The notes beneath the pieces are model-generated. The model saw only the letters and a program-made list of their open reading frames with translations. It had not been told where the DNA came from and ran no database searches. Below are positions 1 through 13,124 of a stretch of 64,000 nt of DNA, one piece after another. A program made the translations under genes and the position numbers. Every line of letters starts with the position of its first letter. The first letter of the stretch is position 1. This DNA is from a virus (lineage: Duplodnaviria > Caudoviricetes). The stretch spans positions 11,376 to 75,375 of IMG/VR virus record IMGVR_UViG_3300031555_001748, one strand, 5' to 3'.

Positions 1-84
1 GATTCTATGGGATGAATTAGAGCGTCTTAATAAAGAATTTAAAGAACTGTAAGTATAAAAGAGACATTTTAAGCGGAGGAAATT

Positions 85-351
85 ATGGAAGAAAAAAGAA
101 TTGCAACAGATTGTAGAGATGTTCGTGGAACCTTGATTTACACAGGAGATTACATTTGTCTTGATGATGATGTTAAGAGGATATTTGATGTAGAAGATGG
201 CATTGTTCATTTTGTTCGTGGGATGTTTGTAGTGGGCGATGGCGGTTATCGTCATTCATTTGATGCTCTTGCCAGTTGGGATTATGTTATGCGTGGAGAA
301 GTCATTGGAAATATCTATGATAACCCAGAAATTTTAGAATATAAAAGATAA
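85..351 (+). CDS. YopX-family phage protein
   Basis: D..G.LIYTGD motif and C-terminal EVIGNIYDNPEIL. Confidence 0.75.
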   Translation: MEEKRIATDCRDVRGTLIYTGDYICLDDDVKRIFDVEDGIVHFVRGMFVVGDGGYRHSFDALASWDYVMRGEVIGNIYDNPEILEYKR

Positions 352-1346
352 ATTTTAAGTGGTGATTGTATGGATAAAGTTAATGCAGATGCAAAGGTAC
401 GAACTCTTTTGTATGGTTTTGAAAGAGAGAATGGTATTCGTCCCAATAGAATTATTATGGGATGTGATTTAGTGGATGAGCTGGCAAACCAATTCTATTA
501 TAACACTATTCCAATTAAAACCTTGGAAGAGATGGCAGAGATGCGAAAGCTTGGAGTAATATGTGAATATGAAGGAGTTCCAGTTAAAGTTGATTATGAT
601 AATCCCAATAACTTAGAGGTTGGATACATGGTCAAGTGGTTAGAAGCTAAGAAAGGTTGAACGGAAAATATGAAGAAGAAAATTATTCAATGGGCTATTG
701 GTTTTGCATATTCCGTTATGGGTGCTGGTAGCATTTTCTTTGTGGTTGCGTTAGTTGTAAACTTTATGGCAATGATGGAATCTACTGGCGGAGAATTCGT
801 TAAGTATTTTATTTCTTTTGTATTATGGCTACTTGCTTTTATATTCTATCCATACATAGTGTTTCATGAAACTAAAGACGGTGTTCGAGATAAATTTAAG
901 TAACAATTAAAAGACAGATTTTAAGAGGTAATAAATATGGAATTTAGTAAAGAAATTATTAATGTATTGGATTATTTATGCGGAAAGTTTGGCATTGTAA
1001 TTGATTGGACTTCGGACAATGTAATGCCGTATTTGGAAGATTTGTGTGGTCGATATATTAATTATGAGGTATATACAAGCATTGCTTGGTGCGTGGTTAT
1101 TGCAGCAATTGTCGTTGTGGCAGGATTGATTTGGGCAATCGGAAGTATTGCTAATAGATTCAGTCGCTCAAGGAATGATATCCCAGAGGTATTTAGTGTT
1201 ATTTTCTTTGCGTTTCTTGCAATTGGTTTTATTGTATGGACAGTTCAGGCATTTGATATTATCGAATGTTATACAATTCCCGAAAAGACAATCTTGGAAT
1301 ATTTAAAGCAGTTGATGAATAGTGCATCAAATAGATGATGTTTTGT

Positions 1347-1387
1347 AAAAGTTGCACAAAAACAAGTAAAGATTTTGTGCAACTTTT
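1347..1387. terminator. Intrinsic terminator-like 15-bp inverted repeat
   Basis: AAAAGTTGCACAAAA-N11-TTTTGTGCAACTTTT between the ORF ending at 1338 and the next promoter. Confidence 0.75.
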
Positions 1388-1412
1388 ATTATCAGAATAT
1401 TCAAATAGCTAC

Positions 1413-1441
1413 TTGACAAATGGAAATTATTGTGATATAAT
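1413..1441 (+). promoter_or_regulatory. Consensus sigma-A promoter
   Basis: TTGACA-17-TATAAT upstream of ORF 1472. Confidence 0.9.
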
Positions 1442-1751
1442 ATTCATAGGAAAACAAAGGAGGACACAATAATGACCTTAGTTGAACTGTTAGCAATGCC
1501 CAAGGGAATGAACCCCATAGAATACGAAAAGCTCTTAAAAGACAAACAGAAGTTGGAGAATCAGATTAGGAAAGCAAGCAATACTATCTTTGACGAGGAA
1601 GAAAGTTTGGATATTCTTGCAGATGAAGTTGGTAGCGAACGATATAATAAGCACTTGGCAAATAAGCAAAAGGCGGAAGCCAAAAGAGAAAAGGCTCAAG
1701 AAAAACTAGAACAGATTGAAAAGAAGTTAAATACATAAAGGAGAATTAATT

Positions 1752-2396
1752 ATGAATGTTATTGGCATGGCTCTGGAAGAACTGTATAGAATTTTTAACA
1801 TCCTGAATCGTGATAAGTTTGATGGAAGCCTGTCCGAACCTGTTATCACTATTCAGAAGACTAAGGGTAGAACGCTTGGGCATTTTACTCTGGATAGAAC
1901 TTGGCGTGATAAGAACAACGAAGAGTCGGAAGAAACCTCCTACTATGAAATCAATGTTGACCCTAGATGGTTTAACAGTCGCACTCCTGCCGAAGTTGCG
2001 GAAACTCTTCTGCATGAAATGGTTCATTACTACAATAAGGCAAATGACATTAAGGATTGTAGCGGTAACGTACATAATAAGAAGTTTAAGAATGCTGCGG
2101 AAAAAGTTGGTCTGATTGTTGAAAAGGGCAAGGGCGTTGGGTTTGGTTATACATCTATGTCTGAGGCTCTGAAAGCCTATATGGACGAAGTTGTCAAGCC
2201 TAATGAAGTAGCATTTGAATACTTTAGAACTGCTCCTATGAAGCTGTCTGGGGCTGGCGGAACAAGAAAGAAGAGCGTATTCAAGTACACTTGTCCTGAT
2301 TGTGGAGCGGAAGTAAAGGGCAAGAGAGATATGGTTATTAAGTGCGGTCTTTGTGATGTAGTTATGAAGATGGAAGATGTTGAATCGGAAGGTTAA
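1752..2396 (+). CDS. SprT-like zinc metalloprotease with C-terminal zinc ribbon
   Basis: ETLLHEMVH (HExxH), YH..KFK..A segment, CPDC...CGLC. Confidence 0.8.
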   Translation: MNVIGMALEELYRIFNILNRDKFDGSLSEPVITIQKTKGRTLGHFTLDRTWRDKNNEESEETSYYEINVDPRWFNSRTPAEVAETLLHEMVHYYNKANDIKDCSGNVHNKKFKNAAEKVGLIVEKGKGVGFGYTSMSEALKAYMDEVVKPNEVAFEYFRTAPMKLSGAGGTRKKSVFKYTCPDCGAEVKGKRDMVIKCGLCDVVMKMEDVESEG

Positions 2397-5300
2397 GAGG
2401 TAATGTTATATGGAAAATGCTACAATCGGAACAATTTATGCACTAAAGAATGGCGACAAATCGTTTGATGAAGTTGTTGCAGAATACTGGTCTAAGTATA
2501 CTGGCACTTCAATTGAAGCTTATGACGAAAGAACTTTGATGCGTATTTTACAAAATGTATTTCTGGATTATATCAGTACAGCAGATAATCCTAGATATGA
2601 AGTGTGGAGTTTGTTTGACAATATGTGGTTTGACTGTGACAGACTTTGTGAATCGAAAGACAGTTTTGATAAGAGAATTAGAAATGCTATCTATACAACT
2701 CTTATTCTCACAGATGTAAGAGATGGGAATGGATTTGTAAACGGGTTCAGAGAGATTTAAGAGGTAATAATGTATGGTAGAAAGATATTACAATGAGAAT
2801 GATGAACTTGGTGTGCTGATTAGCTATGATTATGGTGCTGGTTGGAGTACATGGAACGATAAAGAATTGGCATATGACAAGAGAATCGTAGAGAAGTGGC
2901 TTGAGGGAGTGTCTTCTTCTGAAATGTGCAACTTTGTTGAAAGTCTAGGATATAAGCGTCCTTATATGGGTGGTTATAAAAATTTACATTTAGAGTTTGT
3001 TCCTCGTGGCACATTGTTCATAATTGATGAATATGACGGATATGAGTCTATTGAAACAATTGAAGATATGGATATGATTGTAGCATAATGGAGGCAATAT
3101 TATATGAGAAGTTTTGAAGTATCGCAGCTTATTTCTGATTATGAAAGAGTACAGGAGAGCAGAAAGTGGATGAAAGAAATTCCTGCACTTCACTTTGAAA
3201 AAGAATGGGATGTCAGAATTATTCCTCCGTTTGGCGGAGCGGTAATTCGATTCTGGATTTGGCATAATGGTAAGAAGGTTTCTGTTTACTTCGACGCATA
3301 TTCCGAATTGGGATATATGTATGATGAAGATGATAATCCGATTCCTTACTTTGAATGTTACGATGGCGAAGATTGTCGCAGATACTACATGGATGAATCC
3401 GAGCAGATGATGGAAGATATTAAGAACTTCCTCAATAGTTAAGGTTATAAAAGTAAAGTTTTAAGTGGTGGAATATATGAGTAAAAAGAAAGCAGTTATT
3501 TGTACGATTATTTTTGCAATTATGGTTGTTGGCATTGGCATTGCATTTATGTTTGTAAAACCGTATGAAAGCGAAATGAGTTTGTTCCACGCTTTTTGTC
3601 CTTTCATTGTAGGACAATGGCTTAGTGAACGAATTGGCAAGTTTTATGATTGGCTAAGGAAGAACGATTAAAAGCAGAGTTTTAAGAGGTGGTACAAATG
3701 GTATATTTTGTAGAGTCGCTTCCGACAAGTTGTTTCTTTTGTGATTGCTGTCATACAAGAGAGTATGATAGTAGATACAAGATTGACGGAGAAAAGTTTT
3801 GTGGAATTGAAAACATGGAAGTGGGCGACTACTATGACCACAACAAGCATGACAGCTCTGGAAGACCGAAGTGGTGTCCTCTGAGAGAGATTATAGATGA
3901 AGCGCACTATCCGTCTTATAATAAAGGTTGGAATGATTGTTTGAATAAAATGATTAGTTTGTTAAGAACAGAGTTTTAAAAGGGTGAAAGATATGAAACC
4001 AGAAAATCATATAGCACATGAATCTGATGGATGTTATTGGACTGAAGTTGAAACAGCATTGGCAAACAATAGATATATTGGTGTAAAGATATCCAAAAGA
4101 GACATCGGACATTTGTTACAAGGAGAACATATCACATTATTGTTTTTGAACGATGATTATGAAGATAAAGGTATGATAGATATTAAACTATCAGATGACG
4201 AAACTGTGTTTGAAGTATCAGAAGAACTTAATCAGATGATGATAAATACATAAAAGAAGATTTTTAAGGAGAATTTATATGGCAAAAATTCATAAGGTAG
4301 AATTGTATTTGCTAGATGTCAATGAAGATTTTGATAGTTTGGATGATGCTCTAGTATACATGACTAATAGAAAATATGCCCCAGATGTACATGTGATTAA
4401 CTCTGAAAGCAAGGAATTTGAATGGGATGACGATGTAATTATCAATATGGTTAATTGCTCTACTGAGCAGTATAATAATTTCTTTGAAGAAATTTAAGTT
4501 TTGAATTTAAGGAGTATGATTATGACAGTTGAACAGATTGCAATTAGACAAGAAGTTAGACAGATGCTTAATGAAGCTGGCATTAATAAAAATACTTTGA
4601 AGGACATGGTTAAAGATGTTCTAAATGAAGAGCTTGAAAGAGCGGTTAAGCAAGCACTTAACGAAACAAATATAAGTGATAAAGTTAGCCGTTGCTTTCA
4701 CGATACTTTTAAGACCGTAATGAAAGAGGAAGTTCGTAGCAGAATTGTAAGTCCGTTTAATAGGATGCAGATTTCTGTAGATATTACAGACGAACACGGA
4801 ACAAGTTCGTTGGGCTAATAAAATTCTTGATTTAAGTGGTGAATGTATATGATGGGCAGATTTAACTACGGTACAATTGTTGACCGCAAGGCAGGAGAAA
4901 ATATTAAGAATAATGACATCTATATCTTAGACCCAGAAACAAGAGAGATTCGTAAGGCAAGGAATTGCGATGAATGGTTGACTTGCCAATTGGTTTATGT
5001 AAACAATATGCGTCTTGACAATGTTATTGATTTCGATATTAACAAAGGAGAGATGTGTCGTTGTTGGATTGGATATTTGTTGATTTAAGAGGTAAATGCA
5101 TATGAGATGGTTGATTAATTATTTTCGCTCTTGCTTCTGTAAACATGATTGGGAATTATTAAACAAAGCCAACATGTTTGGTGAAAGTACAACAATGCCA
5201 ATTGGAATGAAGTGGACTTATAGATGTAAAAAATGTGGATGGCATAAGATTATAAAGAATTATTGAATAATAAAATTCTCATTTTAAAAGAGGTAAATGT

Positions 5301-5774
5301 ATATGAATTGTTCTATTGAAATGCATCAGATTAAAGACATGGATGTAAAAATTAAAGTCCCTTGTGAGCATTGCTATAACAAAGGTATTGTAGATAAGAG
5401 ATGCAATAGATGTGGTGGCAATGGCACACACAATAAGACTATCAAGGTATGGAAGGTAATGCCTAGAACTGTAAAGGTTGATAAGATTGATAGAAGTTCC
5501 GAGAATAGTTTTTATTGTGGTGTTCAGACTGCTTATGTTGGTGGATTAAGATATTGGACTGGTGCTTCGGAATATTTTAATGAAGAAAGTAAGTTGTTGC
5601 ATTTTAGCAGTAAAGATGCACAAGCAGAATGCGATAGAAGAAATGCTGAGGTTGCAGATATTTTATTTATCAATAATTATAATGCAGTTATTAAAAAGAA
5701 AGAAGACGAAGAAGCAGATTGGCTTAACAATCTTTGATAACAGTTAAAATAGGATTTTTAAGAGGTAATTATAT

Positions 5775-6359
5775 ATGAAGAAAATTTTATCATTATTAAT
5801 TGTAATTATGATAATTGTCAATCTGTCGGCTTGTGGAAATGTAGCGAATACAGAAATCAACACTAAGACAGGTCGTGTTTATAAATGTGATTATAAGTCG
5901 TTAAACATAAACACGAAGATTACAACAATTCTTGACGGAGAAGAAATCAGTATATCTGGCAACATATTTAGATTGCTAACAGACCCTTTAACTGTAAAAG
6001 ATTCAAATGGGAACATTTTAGGTTATGCTGGCGATGTTTACGGCTTCATTTCACAGGATGACCATGGCATTTATATTGGAGAAGAGTTTGATGTTAATAT
6101 GTGTGGCAATATCGACCTATTTGGTGAGAGCTACGAATTAAAAAACTCAGATGGTGAAACTGTTGCTACTGTTGAATTTAATATGTCAAATACAGGTGGA
6201 AGCATTAGAGATACAAAGGGAAATTTGATTGCCGCATATTCGTCTTCTTATTTTATGAACGATTACACTGTAACGATTTATGATAATGACATTTGTTCTG
6301 ATATGTCAATCCTTATGATTGTAGCGTCATATGTATCAGATTATATGGCAGACAGATAA
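5775..6359 (+). CDS. Lipoprotein, LURP-one/tubby-C-like beta-rich domain
   Basis: Signal peptide with lipobox LSA-C; repeated 'V.DS.G..LG' / 'LKNSDGETVA' / 'IRDTKGNLIA' strands; C-terminal helix MSILMIVASYV. Confidence 0.6.
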   Translation: MKKILSLLIVIMIIVNLSACGNVANTEINTKTGRVYKCDYKSLNINTKITTILDGEEISISGNIFRLLTDPLTVKDSNGNILGYAGDVYGFISQDDHGIYIGEEFDVNMCGNIDLFGESYELKNSDGETVATVEFNMSNTGGSIRDTKGNLIAAYSSSYFMNDYTVTIYDNDICSDMSILMIVASYVSDYMADR

Positions 6360-7067
6360 AACAATATTTTTAAGAGGAAAAATATAAATGAGTTTAATAG
6401 GCTTAATTGGATTTATAATGACAATAACAGGAGATATATCGCCAGAACTTTTTACGGATGATGTGATGACTCAGTGGGCATTGTTTTCCATTGCAGATGC
6501 GCTGTGGATTAGGCTATTAAAGAAATAAAATAAGGTTTTTAAAGCTTAAGGGAGAAAAATTATGGTTAGAGGGATTTTGTTTACAGACAAAAGATTTGAT
6601 ACTAATAATCAAAATAATCAGCTAGACTTTCTTTCAGAAAACACTATCATCTTGTGCAACAACTATGATTTAATGGATACTCTTGCGGAAGAAATTATTA
6701 ATACTATTAATGGCAATGCAGAATATAACGATTATTGTTGTGACGAAGAGGATGTAGGCAAAGCAAAATATGAAATGTACTTTGGTCTACAGAGAGTAAT
6801 CGATATTAACGGACAGAAGATTATCTTGTGTCTTGAGCCAGCAATGATTTACAGAGCGAAGAAGATTGAGGAGATTTGGTTTTGCGACTGGATTGGTAAA
6901 GGCAAGTCTTATAAGGAGTCTATTTATCCTATGACCGTGTTTGTTGGCAGCGATGAAGTGTGGAATGATGGACTAGATAAAGTGTATAAGATGATTGTTA
7001 ATGGAAGATATGGATGTTATGACGGTAAATGGACTAAATTAGGAGAAGATTAAAAGAAAGGTTTTAA

Positions 7068-7424
7068 GTGGTTGGTATGAAGCTATGGATTGACGATGTT
7101 AGACCTGCACCAGAGGGTTATGTATGGTGCAAAAGTGTTAATGAAGCCAAAGAAGCAATTACCAGTGCTCAATCTAAATTTGTTAGGCTCTGGAAACAGG
7201 GTATTAATGACGAGTCTTTGCATATAGACTTGATTGATATCGACCATGATGCAGGTGACTATGTGAGCGATGGCGGAGACTACATCAAATTACTTGATTG
7301 GTTGGAATGGTTATACGATGGCAAAGGTACTTATACCAAGTTCCGTATCCATAGTATGAATCCTGTTGGTGTAGAAAATATGCGTAGGATTATTCAGAAG
7401 AATGGTTGGACTGAGGTAAGATAA
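7068..7424 (+). CDS. Cyclic-phosphate-processing receiver-like domain protein (likely start 7077)
   Basis: KLWIDDVRPAP, IDIDHDAG and IHSMNPVG motifs. Confidence 0.7.
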   Translation: MVGMKLWIDDVRPAPEGYVWCKSVNEAKEAITSAQSKFVRLWKQGINDESLHIDLIDIDHDAGDYVSDGGDYIKLLDWLEWLYDGKGTYTKFRIHSMNPVGVENMRRIIQKNGWTEVR

Positions 7425-9858
7425 ATGGAAGAATTGGAAGCTTTGATTGATGAATTGGGCAATATGTACGACGAGCTTGTTGCCAGAACATTGTCTCATA
7501 ATGTTATTATCGAAGATTATCACAAGTTTAGCTATAGCGAATTGTGCAATAAGATGATTGATACAATTAACGAAATTAGAAAGGGATAAACTATGAAGAA
7601 AGTTAGCGGCTATATCGATGTAAGGGCATTGGGATGCTATGACTTTGAGTTCTATGTAGATGATAATACTACGGAAGAAGAAATCAAAAAGAAGGTAGAT
7701 GAAGTGTGTGACTACAGCATTAGCTATGATGTGGAAGCTGGTTATGAAGAGTACACGGAAGTTCGCTATCGCAAGAAGCAGAACGATTGGTGGAACTATG
7801 AATAAAGGAATGACTAGGTGATTGATATGAAGCCTATATTTAAATGTGATTACTGTTCTAAGATGGGAACAGAAGAAGAAATTAGAGAGCACGAACCTAT
7901 CTGTACAGACAATTATGACAGAAAAAGTTGTTATACATGTGTACATAAAAAAACTAGATGTAAAGACAATATATCTGAAAAGAAAGTAACATGGATATAC
8001 GAATGTAAAGCTGGCAATGAAATTCCAGAAGGAAAAATTTTTGAATTTTGTCCGCAGTATGAAAGAAGAGAAAAGCCTTATACTTTGGGCGAAGCCATAT
8101 TCGATAATTTGTTCGATTTTGGATTATAAAAGAAGGATTTTAAGTTATGGAAATTATCTATGATTACAAAGCAGGAGAATACCATATTATCCTAAAGGAA
8201 GAAACTGAATTTTGTTTTAATACTGACAACATTTTTCAAACAAGAGAATGGTTTATTGAACAGATGACCAGAATGTTCGATGATACAGTTGGAGTTAAAT
8301 TTAAGAAAGAAATTTAATCGAGGTATATATGGAAGAGCGCAAGCGTGTATGCTGCAATTGTGGAAACAATATTCGTATTAGAGATGACAAAGACAATTTT
8401 GTTCGTTGTGAATGTGCTATTGACGGACATTATATTGGCTATATCGAATGCTTTGAACACTGGTGTAGACGATGGAAGAAAGATAGAAAATGGGATTAAA
8501 ATCAAGCTTTTATGAGGTAAAGTTATATGAAAGACATTTTAGATATTTTGGCAGAACCGATATATAAAACTGTAGCAAATGACTTGTCTGTTAATGGCGA
8601 GAATGATTTTGTTAGGGATGCGTATGCGTATGATATGACCACATTGGAAATCCTTAATTGGTATCGAAACCTTTATTATAAAGAAGGGATTGAAACAGAA
8701 AGAGGACTAATGGCTATGACTATCAATGATTTATTTACAAAATATAAAATTGAACCTCGATGAATTGTTTACAATTTATTCATAATGTGTTCATAATTGG
8801 ATTTTATAATAATAGTAGAAAATAAAACTAAGTCTTGCGAGGTAATATCATGATTGGAGAATCTTTCTGTGTATCAAAAGAACTGTTCCGCTGCGTTTAT
8901 ATTACGAAAGATAATGTGGAAGAATTCGTAGACAAATATGGCATAAGAGATGAATACGAAATATTTTATTCTGAATATTACGCCCATGTTGAATACAAGA
9001 AAGCAAAAATGAGATGGAATATTAGATTAAATGCTTTTATGGTTGATTATGGTTGGGATGGCGGATGGACAAGTTACACAAAAAAAGAATTTAATGAGTA
9101 TTTTGAAATAAAAAATTAAAATCGAGATTTTATGAGGTAAAAATATGGAAGTATTAATTATTATATTGGCACAGGTTTTTGCAATTTGCGTACACGCATA
9201 TTTGCTTTGGTGCGAAAAGAAATATTGTGGTCATTGTGACTGGTGGTGGGATACTGGCGCAATTATAAATCTTGTAATTAGTTTTGTCCCAATCTTGGGT
9301 TTGTTCGTTTCGATTGCAGGATGTGCTGATTATATGAGAAATGTTACGGAGGAATTAACCAAAGGTAGCAAATAAAAAGAATATTTTAAGAGGTAAAGTT
9401 ATAAGAAAGCGAGTAATGTAAAATGAAAGAAATATCTTTTAATGATTTTAGAGAAATGCTTTTATATAAAAGCGTTGTCGAATGGAACAAAAAAGAAAAC
9501 TATATAGTGCTTGACAATGGAATGAGAATCACTATTAAAATGACAGAAAGTGATTGTTGTGCTTATGCAAGTGGCGAATTTGAAGATGTAAAGTTGGAAG
9601 CTGTGATTACAGATGTTACCGAACCAAAGTATTCACCTTGGGAGGATTACGATACATATGGATGTTCCGCTGTTGTAAAAATGTTACACAATCAAAACTT
9701 AATTTGTAAGGTAAATGCAGATGCAGATGCAGGTAATGGTGGATATTATTTCTCTATTGCAAGTTTTATTGTAACATATAATGATTCTGAATTTTCTGTA
9801 TACCTTGTTGGCAGCGATGATGAAGCAAACTAACACTTAAAAAGTTTATTTTAAAGCA

Positions 9859-9891
9859 AACCTCCACAAAACCATATCTATTGTGGAGGTT
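9859..9891. terminator. Hairpin, possible terminator
   Basis: AACCTCCACAA-N11-TTGTGGAGGTT. Confidence 0.55.
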
Positions 9892-10970
9892 CAGTAAAAC
9901 AAATTAATATGGAGGAAACAGTTATGATGCTTGAAGCTGTATGGCTTAAGAACGGCAAGGAAGTTTACAAGGTTAGTCCAGTAGAAAATGTTGTGTGCTA
10001 TAAAGATATGGAAATTTCAGATATTGAAGTTGAAAGCACATACAGATGGCACGAATATAGCGATGTTGTTGGCGGAGCTGATGACTTTGTAATTAGAATT
10101 AAGAGGGATTGACAAATGACTGTATTTGATAGTGCTAAATCTAAGAATATTGATGAGCTTGTTGAATGGTTAGACAAGAATGGAGCATATGATTATACGC
10201 CTTGGGACAAATGGTTCGACAGAACTTATTGTAAGAAATGTGAAGCGGTAAAAGATTATGTGGATTACCTGCATGGAGAACATGAATTCTGTTGGTGTGA
10301 ACTACATAACAAATGCAGATTCTTTCAGGATATGGATAGAACTCCTAATAGAAAGCAAGTGATTAAACTTTGGTTGGAAAGCGAGGCAGAATAATATGAA
10401 TCAGTTTATTTCAGATATTAAGCATCATGTCCAGAGTTGGTTTGAATGGAAAGACATTTTGTCTTGGGCAAAAATTGTCCATCCTAGTTGGTATGAACTT
10501 GCAACACAGAGAAAGAGACCTGAAATTAGAGAGACATATCGCAAGAAGATTCTAAGAGAATATTATGAAAGATAAAAGGGGAGCAAATTATGGATATGTA
10601 TACCGCCACAGAACAGGCTTATAAGAATGGTTATGCAAAGGGATATGAGTGTGGTAGAGCCGAATATGAAAAGCTTGAAAAGAAAGTAAAGGCTCTTGAA
10701 AAGAGTAATCGAAATTGGAGAAGAAAGGTTCAGAAGCTTAGAAATAATTCTAAGAAAAATAATGATTTACAGAATTGAAATTCGACAATATCTTTCTTTG
10801 GTTGAAGTATGCGAAGCAGACGACATTCAGGAAATATTAGCATGGTACAGATGGAATTGGTATTCTGCATATGAAAATGGGTTATGCGTATTCCATGTAT
10901 ATAGATATGGGATAGAACTAACATTTGATGAATTGCATGAGTTCGGATTCTATACATAAGGAGGGCAACA

Positions 10971-11771
10971 ATGTCTAATCGTGGTGTAAAACCTTCAAAG
11001 ACTGACTTGCGAGATTATACTATTAAAGCTGGGAAGGTAAATACTAGAAGTTTTAACTTAAATAATTTACCTAAAGTTAAAAATCAATATATGGTAAATA
11101 GTTGTGCGGCTCATTCTGCAAGTTCTGTATTGGAATGGTTTAATCAAAAAGAAACAGGAGTATATCGTGAACTTTCTACTGGATTTATATATGGTATGCA
11201 GGGTGTGGAATTTAATCGCTTGAGTACCCACATGTATCTTAGAGATGTTTGTAAGATTATCCAGAAGTATGGCGATTGTTTGCATGATACTGTGTCGTTC
11301 AATGTGGAAATGCCTGAATGTTACAACAGATTAAAGAAAGTCTTAAATGAAGATGTGTATAATGAAGCGGCAATATGCAAGATTAAATCTTATGTTAGAT
11401 GCACAACTGATAATGCCATTAAGTATGCACTTATGAAATACAGTCCAGTGATTATGGCTGTTAAATGGCATGATAAATATGAAATATCTAACGATGGAGT
11501 TATTTGCTTTGATACTAATTCAAAGAATGGTTATCATGCAGTAATGGTATACGGATTCAATGAAAAGGGCTGGCTATGTCAAAATAGCTTTGGAAAGAAT
11601 TGGGGCAATGGCGGTAGATTTATTTTGCCATATGATTATGGGTTTGTGGAAGCTTGGAGCTTCGTAGATGACAAGAATTCTGGCGTACATAAACCGAAGC
11701 AGAACAAGATATTAAACGCAGCATATAAGACGGCCGGATTTGTTATTGATTTAATTAAGAACAATAGGTGA
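10971..11771 (+). CDS. Papain-like (C1) cysteine peptidase
   Basis: Q...NSC (oxyanion Gln and catalytic Cys), GYHAVMVYG (His), QNSFGKNWG..G (Asn). Confidence 0.85.
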   Translation: MSNRGVKPSKTDLRDYTIKAGKVNTRSFNLNNLPKVKNQYMVNSCAAHSASSVLEWFNQKETGVYRELSTGFIYGMQGVEFNRLSTHMYLRDVCKIIQKYGDCLHDTVSFNVEMPECYNRLKKVLNEDVYNEAAICKIKSYVRCTTDNAIKYALMKYSPVIMAVKWHDKYEISNDGVICFDTNSKNGYHAVMVYGFNEKGWLCQNSFGKNWGNGGRFILPYDYGFVEAWSFVDDKNSGVHKPKQNKILNAAYKTAGFVIDLIKNNR

Positions 11772-13124
11772 TTAAAAAACATATTTTAAGAGGTAGAGTA
11801 TGGATTATGAAGAATATAAGAAGGCTGGTTTACTTAAGAAATTAAAATATAGTAAATCAGACAGAAAGAAGTATAGAATTAATCCTGTTTTTAGATTTGA
11901 AGTGGATAAGGATAATTATTTATTTTCTTTCTTGCCGACTGTAATCTGGTGTCCTTGGATTTACAGATATAAAGGTTTTTATGTTGTTGATATTTGGTGG
12001 CTGCATTTTCATATTGCATTTGGCAAATGGGAAGAGCTTTCTTGTAGGAATTGCAAACACCAAGAAGAATGCATAAAGTCTAAGAGAGTTAATTGGTATG
12101 GCGATAATGTGTTTGAACAGGGAGAAAAGTGTTCTGACTTTGAATCAAAATATTAAGAGGTGTGCATATGAGATTTGTATTAAATGGTTGTGATATATCA
12201 TTTTTGGCAGAAGCACCAGAAGATATTACGCTTAAGCAGTTGCTAAAACAGTGTGATAAAATCAAGCCTGATTGGTGTGCTTGCGGCATCTGCTCTTATG
12301 AGAAAGCTGGATTTAACGAAAACCACGAACCAGAAATTATCATTGACTATGACAACATAAGAAAAGCAGACGATAGTGTTAGTTGTAGAATTGTAGAAAA
12401 TAACAGTTAAAAAGCGTATTTTAAGAGGTAAGTTTATATGAATAGAACAGATGTTTTAACTGGTCGCATTGTACAAAGAGTTATTGACGCAAAGACAAAA
12501 GACTGTGCAACTGTAAGAGTTGTTCATGGAGTAGATTATACTCGTGATATTAAAAGACTTGTAAACAACCTTTATAAATTCTTTCCTAATAGTTCGATTG
12601 AATTGAGAAAATTAAACTTCGGATATCATTTATCTATTACTGTTTATTATGAATAAAAGTACGTTTTAAAAGGTGGATAACTAATGGCATGTTGGGAATT
12701 TAAAGATATATATTATTTCGGCAAGCTTATTGGACATGCATGGTATTGCTCTAATTGCGAATATATTGGAATGAGTTATTCCCACATGATTCAGGAGTTC
12801 AGATGTGGAGTGCCATTTAGCAGACCTGTCTATAAGCATTGTCCAGAATGCGGTGAAGAAATGTTGACTGAATGATGAGGTGTATTATGAAAATTACTAA
12901 GACTATGCAAAAGGTTGCAGCGGATATCCTTATGGAGTTCATGTTTGCTCGTGATATGGATGAAGTAATTGAAACATACCAGAGAGTATTTGAGCGATAT
13001 GGTTTGTGTAGCGACCCATTTACAAGTTGTCCATGTACGCCAGACGAATGGTGTGATAGTCAGTTAGAGTATGAGAGACAGACAATGATTGAAAGATATG
13101 GTCATTGTGATGGATTAGAGTAAA

